Shown piece by piece: positions 1-7,055 of a DNA stretch of 31,335 bases. Every line of letters starts with the position of its first letter. Position 1 is the stretch's first letter. Made by a program: the position numbers and the translations under genes. The stretch spans positions 1-31,335 of the IMG/VR virus record IMGVR_UViG_3300027772_001143; one strand, given 5' to 3'. This DNA comes from a virus. Taxonomy: Duplodnaviria; Caudoviricetes. The notes under the pieces are model-generated. The model was given only the letters and a program-made list of their open reading frames with translations. It had not been told where the DNA came from and ran no database searches.

Positions 1-71
1 ATATATGATTCTAAATCATTTCCATAATCACCACACATTCGCTTGAATAGGTTGGTAATTAATCGAATCAT
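1..71 (-). CDS. Hypothetical protein, N-terminal fragment (runs off the window edge)
   Basis: ATG at 71 overlaps the hsp20 TGA stop (ATGA coupling). The frame is open to the edge: MIRLITNLFKRMCGDYGNDLESY. Not in the ORF track. Confidence 0.55.
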   Translation of the reverse strand, partial: MIRLITNLFKRMCGDYGNDLESY

Positions 72-523
72 TTTTCAGCAGTTTCCTTGATGGTGATTTT
101 CTTAATGGCGTCTTGTACTTTGACCATATTTTCTAGCCAAATCCTAAGCATACCATTCATCATCTCTGCATCTTGAATTTCTACTTTATCTGCAAGAGTA
201 AAGGTGCGTTCAAATCCACGGTTGGCAATACCTTTGAATAGATATTCTTCCTCATCATCATCTTTAGCTGCAGCTTTAATTACGAGTTTATTACCCTCTA
301 AAGTCATCTCAATATCAGACTTAGCAAAACCAGCAACGGCCATCTCAATGACGTACTTGTTCTCTTTTATTTGTTTGATGTTGTATGGGGGATAAGTTAT
401 GGCTTTTGTTGCAGCGGCCGCAGCTGCTTCACGCATGAGTTCCATTGTGTCATTGAAACCAACAGTGAATGATTGAAATTTACCTAAATCGGTATTGAAC
501 AATTCTTTCATAAGATTTGTCAT
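68..523 (-). CDS. hsp20: Small heat shock protein (Hsp20/IbpA-like)
   Basis: Alpha-crystallin motifs YPPYNI, IEMAVAGF, YLFKGIANRGFERTFTL, AEMMNGMLRI. SD AGGAG 7 nt upstream. Confidence 0.95.
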   Translation of the reverse strand: MTNLMKELFNTDLGKFQSFTVGFNDTMELMREAAAAAATKAITYPPYNIKQIKENKYVIEMAVAGFAKSDIEMTLEGNKLVIKAAAKDDDEEEYLFKGIANRGFERTFTLADKVEIQDAEMMNGMLRIWLENMVKVQDAIKKITIKETAEK

Positions 524-690
524 AGTTTTCTCCTAAAAGCAAGATTAAAAATTGATACCCCGAAGGCGTATCGGTTGAGGTTCTGGTTACGGATTCCAGA
601 GACACCATATCGTTGTGCCCGATTTGATAACGCTCCTAAGGTAGGTGGAGCACCTTTTTTCCCATCCCAAGGGACTAGGACTATATCATA
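524..690 (-). promoter_or_regulatory. Structured 5' leader of hsp20 (several hairpins; ROSE-like SD-masking hairpin)
   Basis: Stems at 632-651, 601-619, 582-600 and 554-572 (C-UUCG-G loop), plus CUUGCU-uuu-AGGAG at 530-543. Confidence 0.6.
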
Positions 691-698
691 TATTTATA
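691..698 (-). promoter_or_regulatory. T4-type late (gp55-dependent) promoter TATAAATA upstream of the hsp20 leader
   Basis: Exact TATAAATA on the minus strand, overlapping the stop of the upstream gene. Confidence 0.75.
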
Positions 699-1725
699 CA
701 AAAGTAAAGAGACCGGCGGTGGTTAAAAGCAATATTGCCCAACTTACTAGTGCGGTATAGTAGGTTTTTAATGTTGTACCAAAATATCGGTTACCAATCA
801 TAACACACTTGTGAGTAGGACTCAATAGATAACCTGCATAGTCTACAGCAAAGAACCACATGAAGTATTCTACTCCAAAGACTTGAGCCATCAATACGGC
901 AATGGCAATAAACTTACCAGAACTACCCATTAGGAAACTCACAACAAATCCAGTAAGACTAATTAAAGCCATTCCAGTTAATGTATGTGGATCAAACATA
1001 CTGTTCTTGATGAATTCTACATACTCTGCATTATGCGACTTGAAGAAATTACCCAATACAATAACAACAGCTACTGTACCTAAAACATCCCAACTAATGT
1101 AACTCAGTAGTTTCTTGATGTTCCATTGTCTTGTTAAGAACACATAATATAAGGTCAATAATCCAAAGATTGTGAATACATTGCTTTCACCGCCAAGGTA
1201 TATGTAAGAACCGATTGCAACAATCATCGGAAAAACATTCCTGATGATTTCACTTATCTTAAAAGAATCAGAAGTTTCAATTACGATTTCTTCATCTTTA
1301 ATCTGCGTCCAAATGTAGGCAGAAATGAAAACAAAACTGACTACAAGTAGTGGTGCAATCATACCAATAAATGTTGCGTAGGTAAGACCAAAGACAGCGA
1401 TAGGAAGAACCACAGTCTTTTCCAAAGGTGACCACATATAATAGTGGTGTGTAGACAGATAATCTAATATACCCATCTTCTCACGACCATGGCCACATTT
1501 TGGTGCCACGGTGTCCAGTAGTCCAGCGGATACTGTTACTCTACCCTCAATCGGTAGTACACCACCAATTGCACTTAGTATAACGACAACAAATTTATTT
1601 GAACCAAAAGCTTTTTTGACATAAGAGTATGCTGACCCGAAAAGGTTATATTCTTTTGCAAGACCAGCAGACATCATAATAAAGAATATCATCCATAGAT
1701 ATCCTAATCCATTCAACAGTTCCAT
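694..1725 (-). CDS. Polytopic membrane protein, DUF401-like / ion transporter (IT) superfamily
   Basis: About 10 hydrophobic segments; motifs HHYYMWSPL and GYLLSPTHKC resemble DUF401. Start moved to ATG 1725 (MELLNG), which follows SD AAGGAG. Confidence 0.7.
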   Translation of the reverse strand: MELLNGLGYLWMIFFIMMSAGLAKEYNLFGSAYSYVKKAFGSNKFVVVILSAIGGVLPIEGRVTVSAGLLDTVAPKCGHGREKMGILDYLSTHHYYMWSPLEKTVVLPIAVFGLTYATFIGMIAPLLVVSFVFISAYIWTQIKDEEIVIETSDSFKISEIIRNVFPMIVAIGSYIYLGGESNVFTIFGLLTLYYVFLTRQWNIKKLLSYISWDVLGTVAVVIVLGNFFKSHNAEYVEFIKNSMFDPHTLTGMALISLTGFVVSFLMGSSGKFIAIAVLMAQVFGVEYFMWFFAVDYAGYLLSPTHKCVMIGNRYFGTTLKTYYTALVSWAILLLTTAGLFTFV

Positions 1726-1737
1726 AATTACCACTCC

Positions 1738-2145
1738 TTAATTATTATTTGGTTTTTTACCTATATTGTATTTTGGCACCAATTGCCATTCGTTCTTTTC
1801 TTTATGAGAAATGATTTTAATTTGTGATAAGAAAATAGGTTCTGGCACTTCAGTTTGTTTTGGATTTACCAGTTTGACCAATCCCCAATCTTCTAACAAG
1901 TTGGCAATAGCATTCCTACGAGCCAAGTCACTTTCTGAAATGTCTGTTAGTTTGCCATCTAGTGCAAATAGTTCTTTGAAATGTACCACATAGTATTGTC
2001 CACGTTTGTGGAGTATGTGGCATGATTGATATAGAATTTGTTCTTTTTTGGAAGCTACACCGATCCGTGTTAGTGTTTCACGTACCTTTAGAAAATCATC
2101 TTTTTCATTCAGTGTTACTTCAATTAGGTCATTAAGATTTACCAT
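1738..2145 (-). CDS. regA: RegA translational repressor
   Basis: DDFLKVRETLTRIG, LYQSCHILHKRGQYYVVHFKELFALDG, WQLVPKYNIG; position after gp62. Confidence 0.97.
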   Translation of the reverse strand: MVNLNDLIEVTLNEKDDFLKVRETLTRIGVASKKEQILYQSCHILHKRGQYYVVHFKELFALDGKLTDISESDLARRNAIANLLEDWGLVKLVNPKQTEVPEPIFLSQIKIISHKEKNEWQLVPKYNIGKKPNNN

Positions 2146-2521
2146 TATTCTTCACTCCGCCGGTGTCTGTTTTTATTTTTATTACAGCGATTTGTTCATC
2201 GGAGAGAATACGTAGGGCCTCTTTGGCCTTGGCGTTAGAATAACCAAAATAGGCTTTCACACACTCAATATTCTCGTCAGTTTTGGACTTTTGCCAAGGT
2301 TGAAAGCCTCGTTTCATAGGTCTAATACTATTTAGAAAATATTGGTACTGTATGTCCTTATCGGTACCTGGATAAAGATTCATTTCATTTGCATAAAGTA
2401 CACAATCCATGTGATAGGACAGTGAACGATTTACAATGAATGGTGCATAGTCTACAAAGTCTAGGTCTCCGTCTGGTTTTTTCTTGCGGAAAATGAAGTC
2501 AACGTAGTCAAACGGACTCAT
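2132..2521 (-). CDS. gp62: Clamp loader small subunit gp62
   Basis: YAPFIVNRSLSY, ANEMN, YFGYSNAKAKEAL; lies between gp44 and regA. Confidence 0.93.
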   Translation of the reverse strand: MSPFDYVDFIFRKKKPDGDLDFVDYAPFIVNRSLSYHMDCVLYANEMNLYPGTDKDIQYQYFLNSIRPMKRGFQPWQKSKTDENIECVKAYFGYSNAKAKEALRILSDEQIAVIKIKTDTGGVKNNGKS

Positions 2522-3453
2522 TTGAATTCACACTCAACCATGATTTCTGTTAAACAGGCAATAAGATTAATCTCATGGTCTGCAACAAAGGCTGCCTGAT
2601 ATTGATACTTGGCAATAATAACAACCATCTGTGGCACAGAATTGGCTTCCAATGATTCATACAATGATTCATACAATTTACGAAACAAGGTGGTCGCATC
2701 ATTGTCCAGATTGCCTGTGACCCATTTACGACAGGCCGTAAAGTCTTTTGACTTCAATGCCTTGACCAATTCAGATATATTAACATCAGACACTGATGCA
2801 AGAATACCTTTGTCAATTGTACCTGATACTGAATATCGTTGTAGTTCATTTAGAACACGGCGATTGTCAGGGAAATGTTTGGTGATAACGGCAGCCACAA
2901 CCTGTTTGTCGTATGTGATGCCTTCTTGTTTCAAAATCCACTCAACACGTTTGAAGAATGCCGTAGCCATCTTTAGTTTACTGCCATTGATTTTAAAGTC
3001 AACAACACTACAACGTGAATGAATAGGATCAATGATCCTGTTCTTAAAGTTACAGGTGAAGATAAAGGAACAGTTCTCAGAGAACTCCTCGATTGCACCA
3101 CGCAACGCAGGTTGAGTTGAATTTGGATTTAGATAGTCTGCTTCGTCAATGATGATGACCTTGCGGCCGCCGGTCAAGGATACAGATGAGGCGTAGTTCT
3201 TAATTTTGTTTCTGAATGTGTCAATACCTGACTCATCAGACCCGTTGATAACAATGTAATCACAACCAACTTCTTGACACAAGGCTTTTGCAATAGTTGT
3301 TTTACCAACACCAGCAGTACCTGATAGTAGAAGATTTGGAATCTCTTTACGGTTTACATATTCTTGGAAAGTTGCCCTGATAACTTCAGGCAAAATACAA
3401 TCTTCAACGGTTTTAGGGCGATACTTCTCCACCCACAATATGTGTTCGTTCAT
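2518..3453 (-). CDS. gp44: Clamp loader AAA+ ATPase subunit gp44
   Basis: LWVEKYRP, Walker A GTAGVGKT, Walker B IIIDEAD, SRC motif. Confidence 0.97.
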   Translation of the reverse strand: MNEHILWVEKYRPKTVEDCILPEVIRATFQEYVNRKEIPNLLLSGTAGVGKTTIAKALCQEVGCDYIVINGSDESGIDTFRNKIKNYASSVSLTGGRKVIIIDEADYLNPNSTQPALRGAIEEFSENCSFIFTCNFKNRIIDPIHSRCSVVDFKINGSKLKMATAFFKRVEWILKQEGITYDKQVVAAVITKHFPDNRRVLNELQRYSVSGTIDKGILASVSDVNISELVKALKSKDFTACRKWVTGNLDNDATTLFRKLYESLYESLEANSVPQMVVIIAKYQYQAAFVADHEINLIACLTEIMVECEFK

Positions 3454-3479
3454 TCAAATACTCCATAATATAAAAAAAA

Positions 3480-4082
3480 TCAAATACCAAATACAGAATT
3501 AATTACTATTCTAGCATCATTAACACTAGGACAGGAACCAGAATGTAATTGGTTAGAATCAAATATAACAGCTCTACCTTTTTTAGGAGAAACCCTTTGT
3601 TGTTCAGTTAAAAGACCAACAGGTTGTCCGGTAAAGCATTCGTTATAAAAGATGGTATCACCATCAGAATCATTCACATAGTATAACAGAGTTTTGTAAC
3701 CAAGGCAATTAACACCATCTTCTATCAACTCCATAGTGTCAGCGTGAGGTGGTTGTATGTAAGGTCCTTTTTGGCTTATCAACAGGTTGGATTTAATCCT
3801 ATATGTTGTAAGTACCTTAGACCTCATATGACTTTCAAAAACAAGTTTCAATGGTTCAATATAACCATAATATTCACTGGTTATTTTATCATCATCCATA
3901 AACCTATGCCGTAACTGTATGTGTTCTCTGTTAGGTTCATTGGTGTGAAAATATTCATTTGAACTAATCATTGAAACTGAATACTTGGAAAATGTCCAAG
4001 GGAAATCAGGTCCAATTAATATTTCATGTATTACATCCTGTATTGGTACAGGTAAGAAATCATCAATGACTAATGGTGTCAT
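3480..4082 (-). CDS. 2OG-Fe(II) oxygenase superfamily protein
   Basis: HxD (PHAD), LLYYVNDSDGDT, PKKGRAVIFD, distal His (QLHSG) and Arg (RIVIN). Confidence 0.85.
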   Translation of the reverse strand: MTPLVIDDFLPVPIQDVIHEILIGPDFPWTFSKYSVSMISSNEYFHTNEPNREHIQLRHRFMDDDKITSEYYGYIEPLKLVFESHMRSKVLTTYRIKSNLLISQKGPYIQPPHADTMELIEDGVNCLGYKTLLYYVNDSDGDTIFYNECFTGQPVGLLTEQQRVSPKKGRAVIFDSNQLHSGSCPSVNDARIVINSVFGI

Positions 4083-4270
4083 CCAGGAAATGGCCAGTTT
4101 AAATCTTGTTCAAGTTCTTTGACACGGGATTCCAATACAGAAATTGCTGTGTTGAAATGTCCGGTGCCTTCTGTTTCTGGTTTATAACGGTCTTTTAAAA
4201 CCTGAATTTCTTTCCTCAATACAGCAATGTACTCAGTCCTGTCGGTCCATGTTCTAATTTCACCCATCAT
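4079..4270 (-). CDS. Hypothetical small helical protein
   Basis: 63-aa ORF with ATGA overlaps on both sides; SD GAGG upstream. Confidence 0.7.
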   Translation of the reverse strand: MMGEIRTWTDRTEYIAVLRKEIQVLKDRYKPETEGTGHFNTAISVLESRVKELEQDLNWPFPG

Positions 4271-4542
4271 TTCACCTCATTCATGCTTTCAAATAGAGCT
4301 TCAAACTCTTTTGATTCTGCTACTTCAGTTTGGAAAGAATTTTTGAATTGTGTCTTTGCCATACGCTTGACAATCTTCTTAGGGATTTTCAATTCATCAT
4401 TGGCAAAATCCACAATATCTTTCATTGCTTCATTGTTACCTTGGTTCTTGTTCATGTGTAGAACCAATTCATCAATATAACCTTTGAGTTTTTTCAGTTG
4501 TTCATCATCAAATGAACCAAACAATGTATTTACTTTAGTCAT
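4267..4542 (-). CDS. dsbA: T4 DsbA-like double-stranded DNA-binding protein
   Basis: 91 aa. The pattern LKGYIDE...NEAMKDIVDFANDELKIPKKIVKRM...EFEALFE aligns by eye with T4 DsbA. Confidence 0.75.
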   Translation of the reverse strand: MTKVNTLFGSFDDEQLKKLKGYIDELVLHMNKNQGNNEAMKDIVDFANDELKIPKKIVKRMAKTQFKNSFQTEVAESKEFEALFESMNEVK

Positions 4543-4736
4543 CTTGCCATCTTTCCTACAACATCTAATTCCGATTCATCAACAATAATACTACCAGTAG
4601 TCAAATTAATTGCTGTCTTGCCGGCAAGTTTGTTCTGTTCTTCATCAGCTGTTTCAGGTACTTGAAATACAGCCACAATGTATCGTGGATTTACCGCAAC
4701 TTTATGGCCATTAACGGAATCTGTTAACCAAATCAT
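4539..4736 (-). CDS. Small protein resembling the FlbD/SwrD family
   Basis: Start moved to ATG 4736 (65 aa, SD GGAG). MIWLT...G.KVAVNPRYIVAV...T.INLTTG.IIVDES..DVV resembles the FlbD pattern. Confidence 0.55.
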   Translation of the reverse strand: MIWLTDSVNGHKVAVNPRYIVAVFQVPETADEEQNKLAGKTAINLTTGSIIVDESELDVVGKMAR

Positions 4737-4737
4737 A

Positions 4738-5409
4738 TTACTCTCCGAATTTAGAATGTTTAGATTCAATTGCAATCCAATATTGCAAATCACCTTTGAT
4801 GTTTTTGAAGGACGCCAAACCTTTGGATGAAATTTCAACACTATAAGAATCAGGCATCATCTTTAGATTCTCTGTCAAGAAAACTGCCTTGAATACAGAA
4901 CCATTACCATCAGTAATTTCTGTAGAATTGATGTGTGCTGAATCATCATTTGCATCAAACGAGGTAACATAAATCTTATCACCATCAGACATGATTGCAA
5001 CATTAGGTGACTGCAACACAGCAGATGATTTCATAATGTTAGCCAAATCTTCCGCAGTCAAAGAGAATGATGCATCAACCGATGGAAGGTTCAATTCTTT
5101 TTCTGGTACTGTAACAATAACATTCCGTGAAGTTGTGCGATAGTTAAGTTTCTTACGGCCAGATTTAAAGATAACATGTTTGTCATCAAAATCAATCTCA
5201 CCATCTTTATACAGGGACTGTACAGACAAGAACTGGTTCAAGTCATGAATACAAAAATCTTGTGGAAATTTATCCGTAACTGTGGCTTTTGCCAGTACAG
5301 TTTTAGTGGGTGAAATTGTTGCAAGTTTGTTTCCTTTTTTGAATTCAATACTTGCATTGATACTAACAAAGTTCTTTAGAACCGTCAGTGTCTCATTAGA
5401 AATTTTCAT
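4738..5409 (-). CDS. gp45: Sliding clamp gp45
   Basis: MKISNETLTVLKNF..IN, F.IHDLNQFLS, ENLKMMP..Y.V.IS, LQYWIAIE. Confidence 0.96.
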   Translation of the reverse strand: MKISNETLTVLKNFVSINASIEFKKGNKLATISPTKTVLAKATVTDKFPQDFCIHDLNQFLSVQSLYKDGEIDFDDKHVIFKSGRKKLNYRTTSRNVIVTVPEKELNLPSVDASFSLTAEDLANIMKSSAVLQSPNVAIMSDGDKIYVTSFDANDDSAHINSTEITDGNGSVFKAVFLTENLKMMPDSYSVEISSKGLASFKNIKGDLQYWIAIESKHSKFGE

Positions 5410-5783
5410 TTATGTTCCTCATTATAAAATTTAACATGAGTAAGTATATCATGTTCATACAAAAACATCAAGCAGCACATCGCATGAGCCAGGTGGTGTT
5501 TACCAGATTCTTTATCAAGGATTTCACCTTTCTTCCAAGCCCATAGATGCCGTTGAAGTGCATCATAGTACCTGCGTTTTGAATCAGGTACATTTTTCCA
5601 ATTGTCTCTTTCATACTTCTGAGCACCAAATGTCAATACATCAACAGTGGCTTCAAGAGCAAGAGGTGGTAACAAACCATATTCTAGTTTGTTACCGTCA
5701 AACTTACGACCACCTGTTGTTGCAGTTTGAGATGATTTTACTTCATCTTCATCATTGCTTACATACACTTTGTCGTATCCCAT
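5406..5783 (-). CDS. DUF5664-like dATP/dGTP diphosphohydrolase domain protein
   Basis: GRKFDGNK...LLP, FGAQKYERDNW, YYDALQRH, ESGKHHLAHAMCCLMFL. Start moved to ATG 5783, immediately after the upstream stop. Confidence 0.8.
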   Translation of the reverse strand: MGYDKVYVSNDEDEVKSSQTATTGGRKFDGNKLEYGLLPPLALEATVDVLTFGAQKYERDNWKNVPDSKRRYYDALQRHLWAWKKGEILDKESGKHHLAHAMCCLMFLYEHDILTHVKFYNEEHK

Positions 5784-5784
5784 T

Positions 5785-6603
5785 TTACATCTCACCAACA
5801 TAATTGGCAACTGCTGGCATATCACCTTTAAAGTGATAGGTACCAATGTGGTCTGCTCTCATCCAAGGACACAAGTAGATTTCTCCACCAAGCTTGCGCC
5901 AGAGTTGGCAGAACATATAATCTTCACTTAGGTAACGGTCTGTGCCGCCGCCGGTTGCTGAATCTTTTGAATCAATGATAGTGTCAAAGTACGCATGAAT
6001 GTATCGTGAACCATCAAAGTGTGCTTGACCTACATGGTCTGGTTTGTAACGCAACTGAGGATATGCTGCTTCAAACTTAGGAAATACTTCCCGTTTAACT
6101 AACATAAATCCTGTACCAATTTCCAAAACCTGTAGAGGTTCTGTGACTGAGAATTGTGCTGTGCCTCGTACTGGATTGAAAACATAATCACCCGTAACTC
6201 TTTCAAGCAAACCTACATCCAAATCAGGATTTTTTTCTAGTGCTTTCTTAACTGAACGCCATTTGATGGCTTTCTTAGGATAAGGTCCGCCGATAACATC
6301 TTTGTCCAAGGCCAAGAGTGCAAGAACATCTTGTGGATTAAAGTGAATATCAGCATCTATGAATAACAGGTGTGTACAATCTGAACGAGAAACGAACTCA
6401 TCCACAAGGTAGTTTCTTGCTCTTGTAATTAAAGACTCATTGAAAAGAAATGAAAATTTAATTGTAATTCCATATTGCATACAAATTGCCTGTAGGTCTA
6501 AACAAGCCTTGGCATATAAGCCATGATTCATGCCACCATACATTGGTGTAGCAACGAAAATACTTTTCTTTTGAAGTTCTTCTTTTTTAATTGAAATTTC
6601 CAT
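5785..6603 (-). CDS. GT-A fold glycosyltransferase-like protein
   Basis: IFVATPMY, SLITRARN, DxD motif LLFIDADI, GTGFMLVKREVF, SEDYMFC. SD GGAG. Confidence 0.8.
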   Translation of the reverse strand: MEISIKKEELQKKSIFVATPMYGGMNHGLYAKACLDLQAICMQYGITIKFSFLFNESLITRARNYLVDEFVSRSDCTHLLFIDADIHFNPQDVLALLALDKDVIGGPYPKKAIKWRSVKKALEKNPDLDVGLLERVTGDYVFNPVRGTAQFSVTEPLQVLEIGTGFMLVKREVFPKFEAAYPQLRYKPDHVGQAHFDGSRYIHAYFDTIIDSKDSATGGGTDRYLSEDYMFCQLWRKLGGEIYLCPWMRADHIGTYHFKGDMPAVANYVGEM

Positions 6604-6620
6604 TATCTCTCCAAAGATAT

Positions 6621-6658
6621 AAAAAAAAAGGGGAGACCACTGTTAAATGGTACTCCCC
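6621..6658 (-). terminator. Rho-independent terminator after the HTH gene
   Basis: GGGGAG(U)ACCA-loop-UGGUCUCCCC followed by U9. Confidence 0.8.
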
Positions 6659-6670
6659 ACAATTCACTGA

Positions 6671-6943
6671 TTAAGCAGTGTAGTTAAAGCCTGTGCTCAG
6701 TGCAGCACGAACCATTGCTTTGGTTGGTTTGCCCATACGGTACACAGATACTTTAGAACCATCACCACGGGATTTGGTGTTGGTGTAGATGACATGGCCT
6801 TCTTGGCGCAATTCATCAACACGAGCAGAAACATTTTGGATACCAAAACGAGCACGAGCTTGTGCAACTGACAGGGTGTTGTAACCCTCTGTCTTGCTCA
6901 AGTAGTTAAGGATTTTTGCTTTCGCAGAAATTTTGTTAGTCAT
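6671..6943 (-). CDS. Small winged helix-turn-helix DNA-binding protein
   Basis: Start moved to ATG 6943 (SD AGGAG, 90 aa). KILNYL...LSVAQARARFGIQNVSARVDELRQEGHVI...VYRM fits a wHTH pattern. Confidence 0.8.
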   Translation of the reverse strand: MTNKISAKAKILNYLSKTEGYNTLSVAQARARFGIQNVSARVDELRQEGHVIYTNTKSRGDGSKVSVYRMGKPTKAMVRAALSTGFNYTA

Positions 6944-7004
6944 AATATAATCTCCTAATAATGACAAAGTTAAAAAAAACAAACTTGCTTTCACAAGCAT
7001 TCAC

Positions 7005-7033
7005 ATCATAACACTATTTAGTGTGTGTGTCAA
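7005..7033 (-). promoter_or_regulatory. Sigma70 promoter for the HTH gene, with an embedded late-like ACTAAATA
   Basis: TTGACA-N17-TATGAT with extended -10 TG. Confidence 0.85.
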
Positions 7034-7055
7034 GCAACCTTGCGGTATACTTGTG

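Noticed and set aside
546-690. Possible tRNA, known riboswitch (cobalamin, fluoride, preQ1) or self-cleaving ribozyme
   Set aside because: No cloverleaf or T-loop, and the conserved cores of these classes could not be matched by eye. A covariance-model search is still needed.
575-760. Plus-strand 61-aa ORF over the hsp20 leader, and a 9-codon minus-strand ORF (MGKKVLHLP) in the leader
   Set aside because: Neither has a convincing SD or a recognisable product. The region is better explained as structured RNA.
2650-2677. 12-bp tandem repeat (CAATGATTCATA x2.3) in gp44
   Set aside because: In-frame, encoding LYESLYESL in a helix. Too short to suggest a functional repeat or array.
5406-5783. 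2-aminoadenine (Z) genome suggested by the dATP/dGTP diphosphohydrolase-like gene
   Set aside because: No purZ or other Z-pathway gene is present in the window, and this domain alone is not diagnostic.
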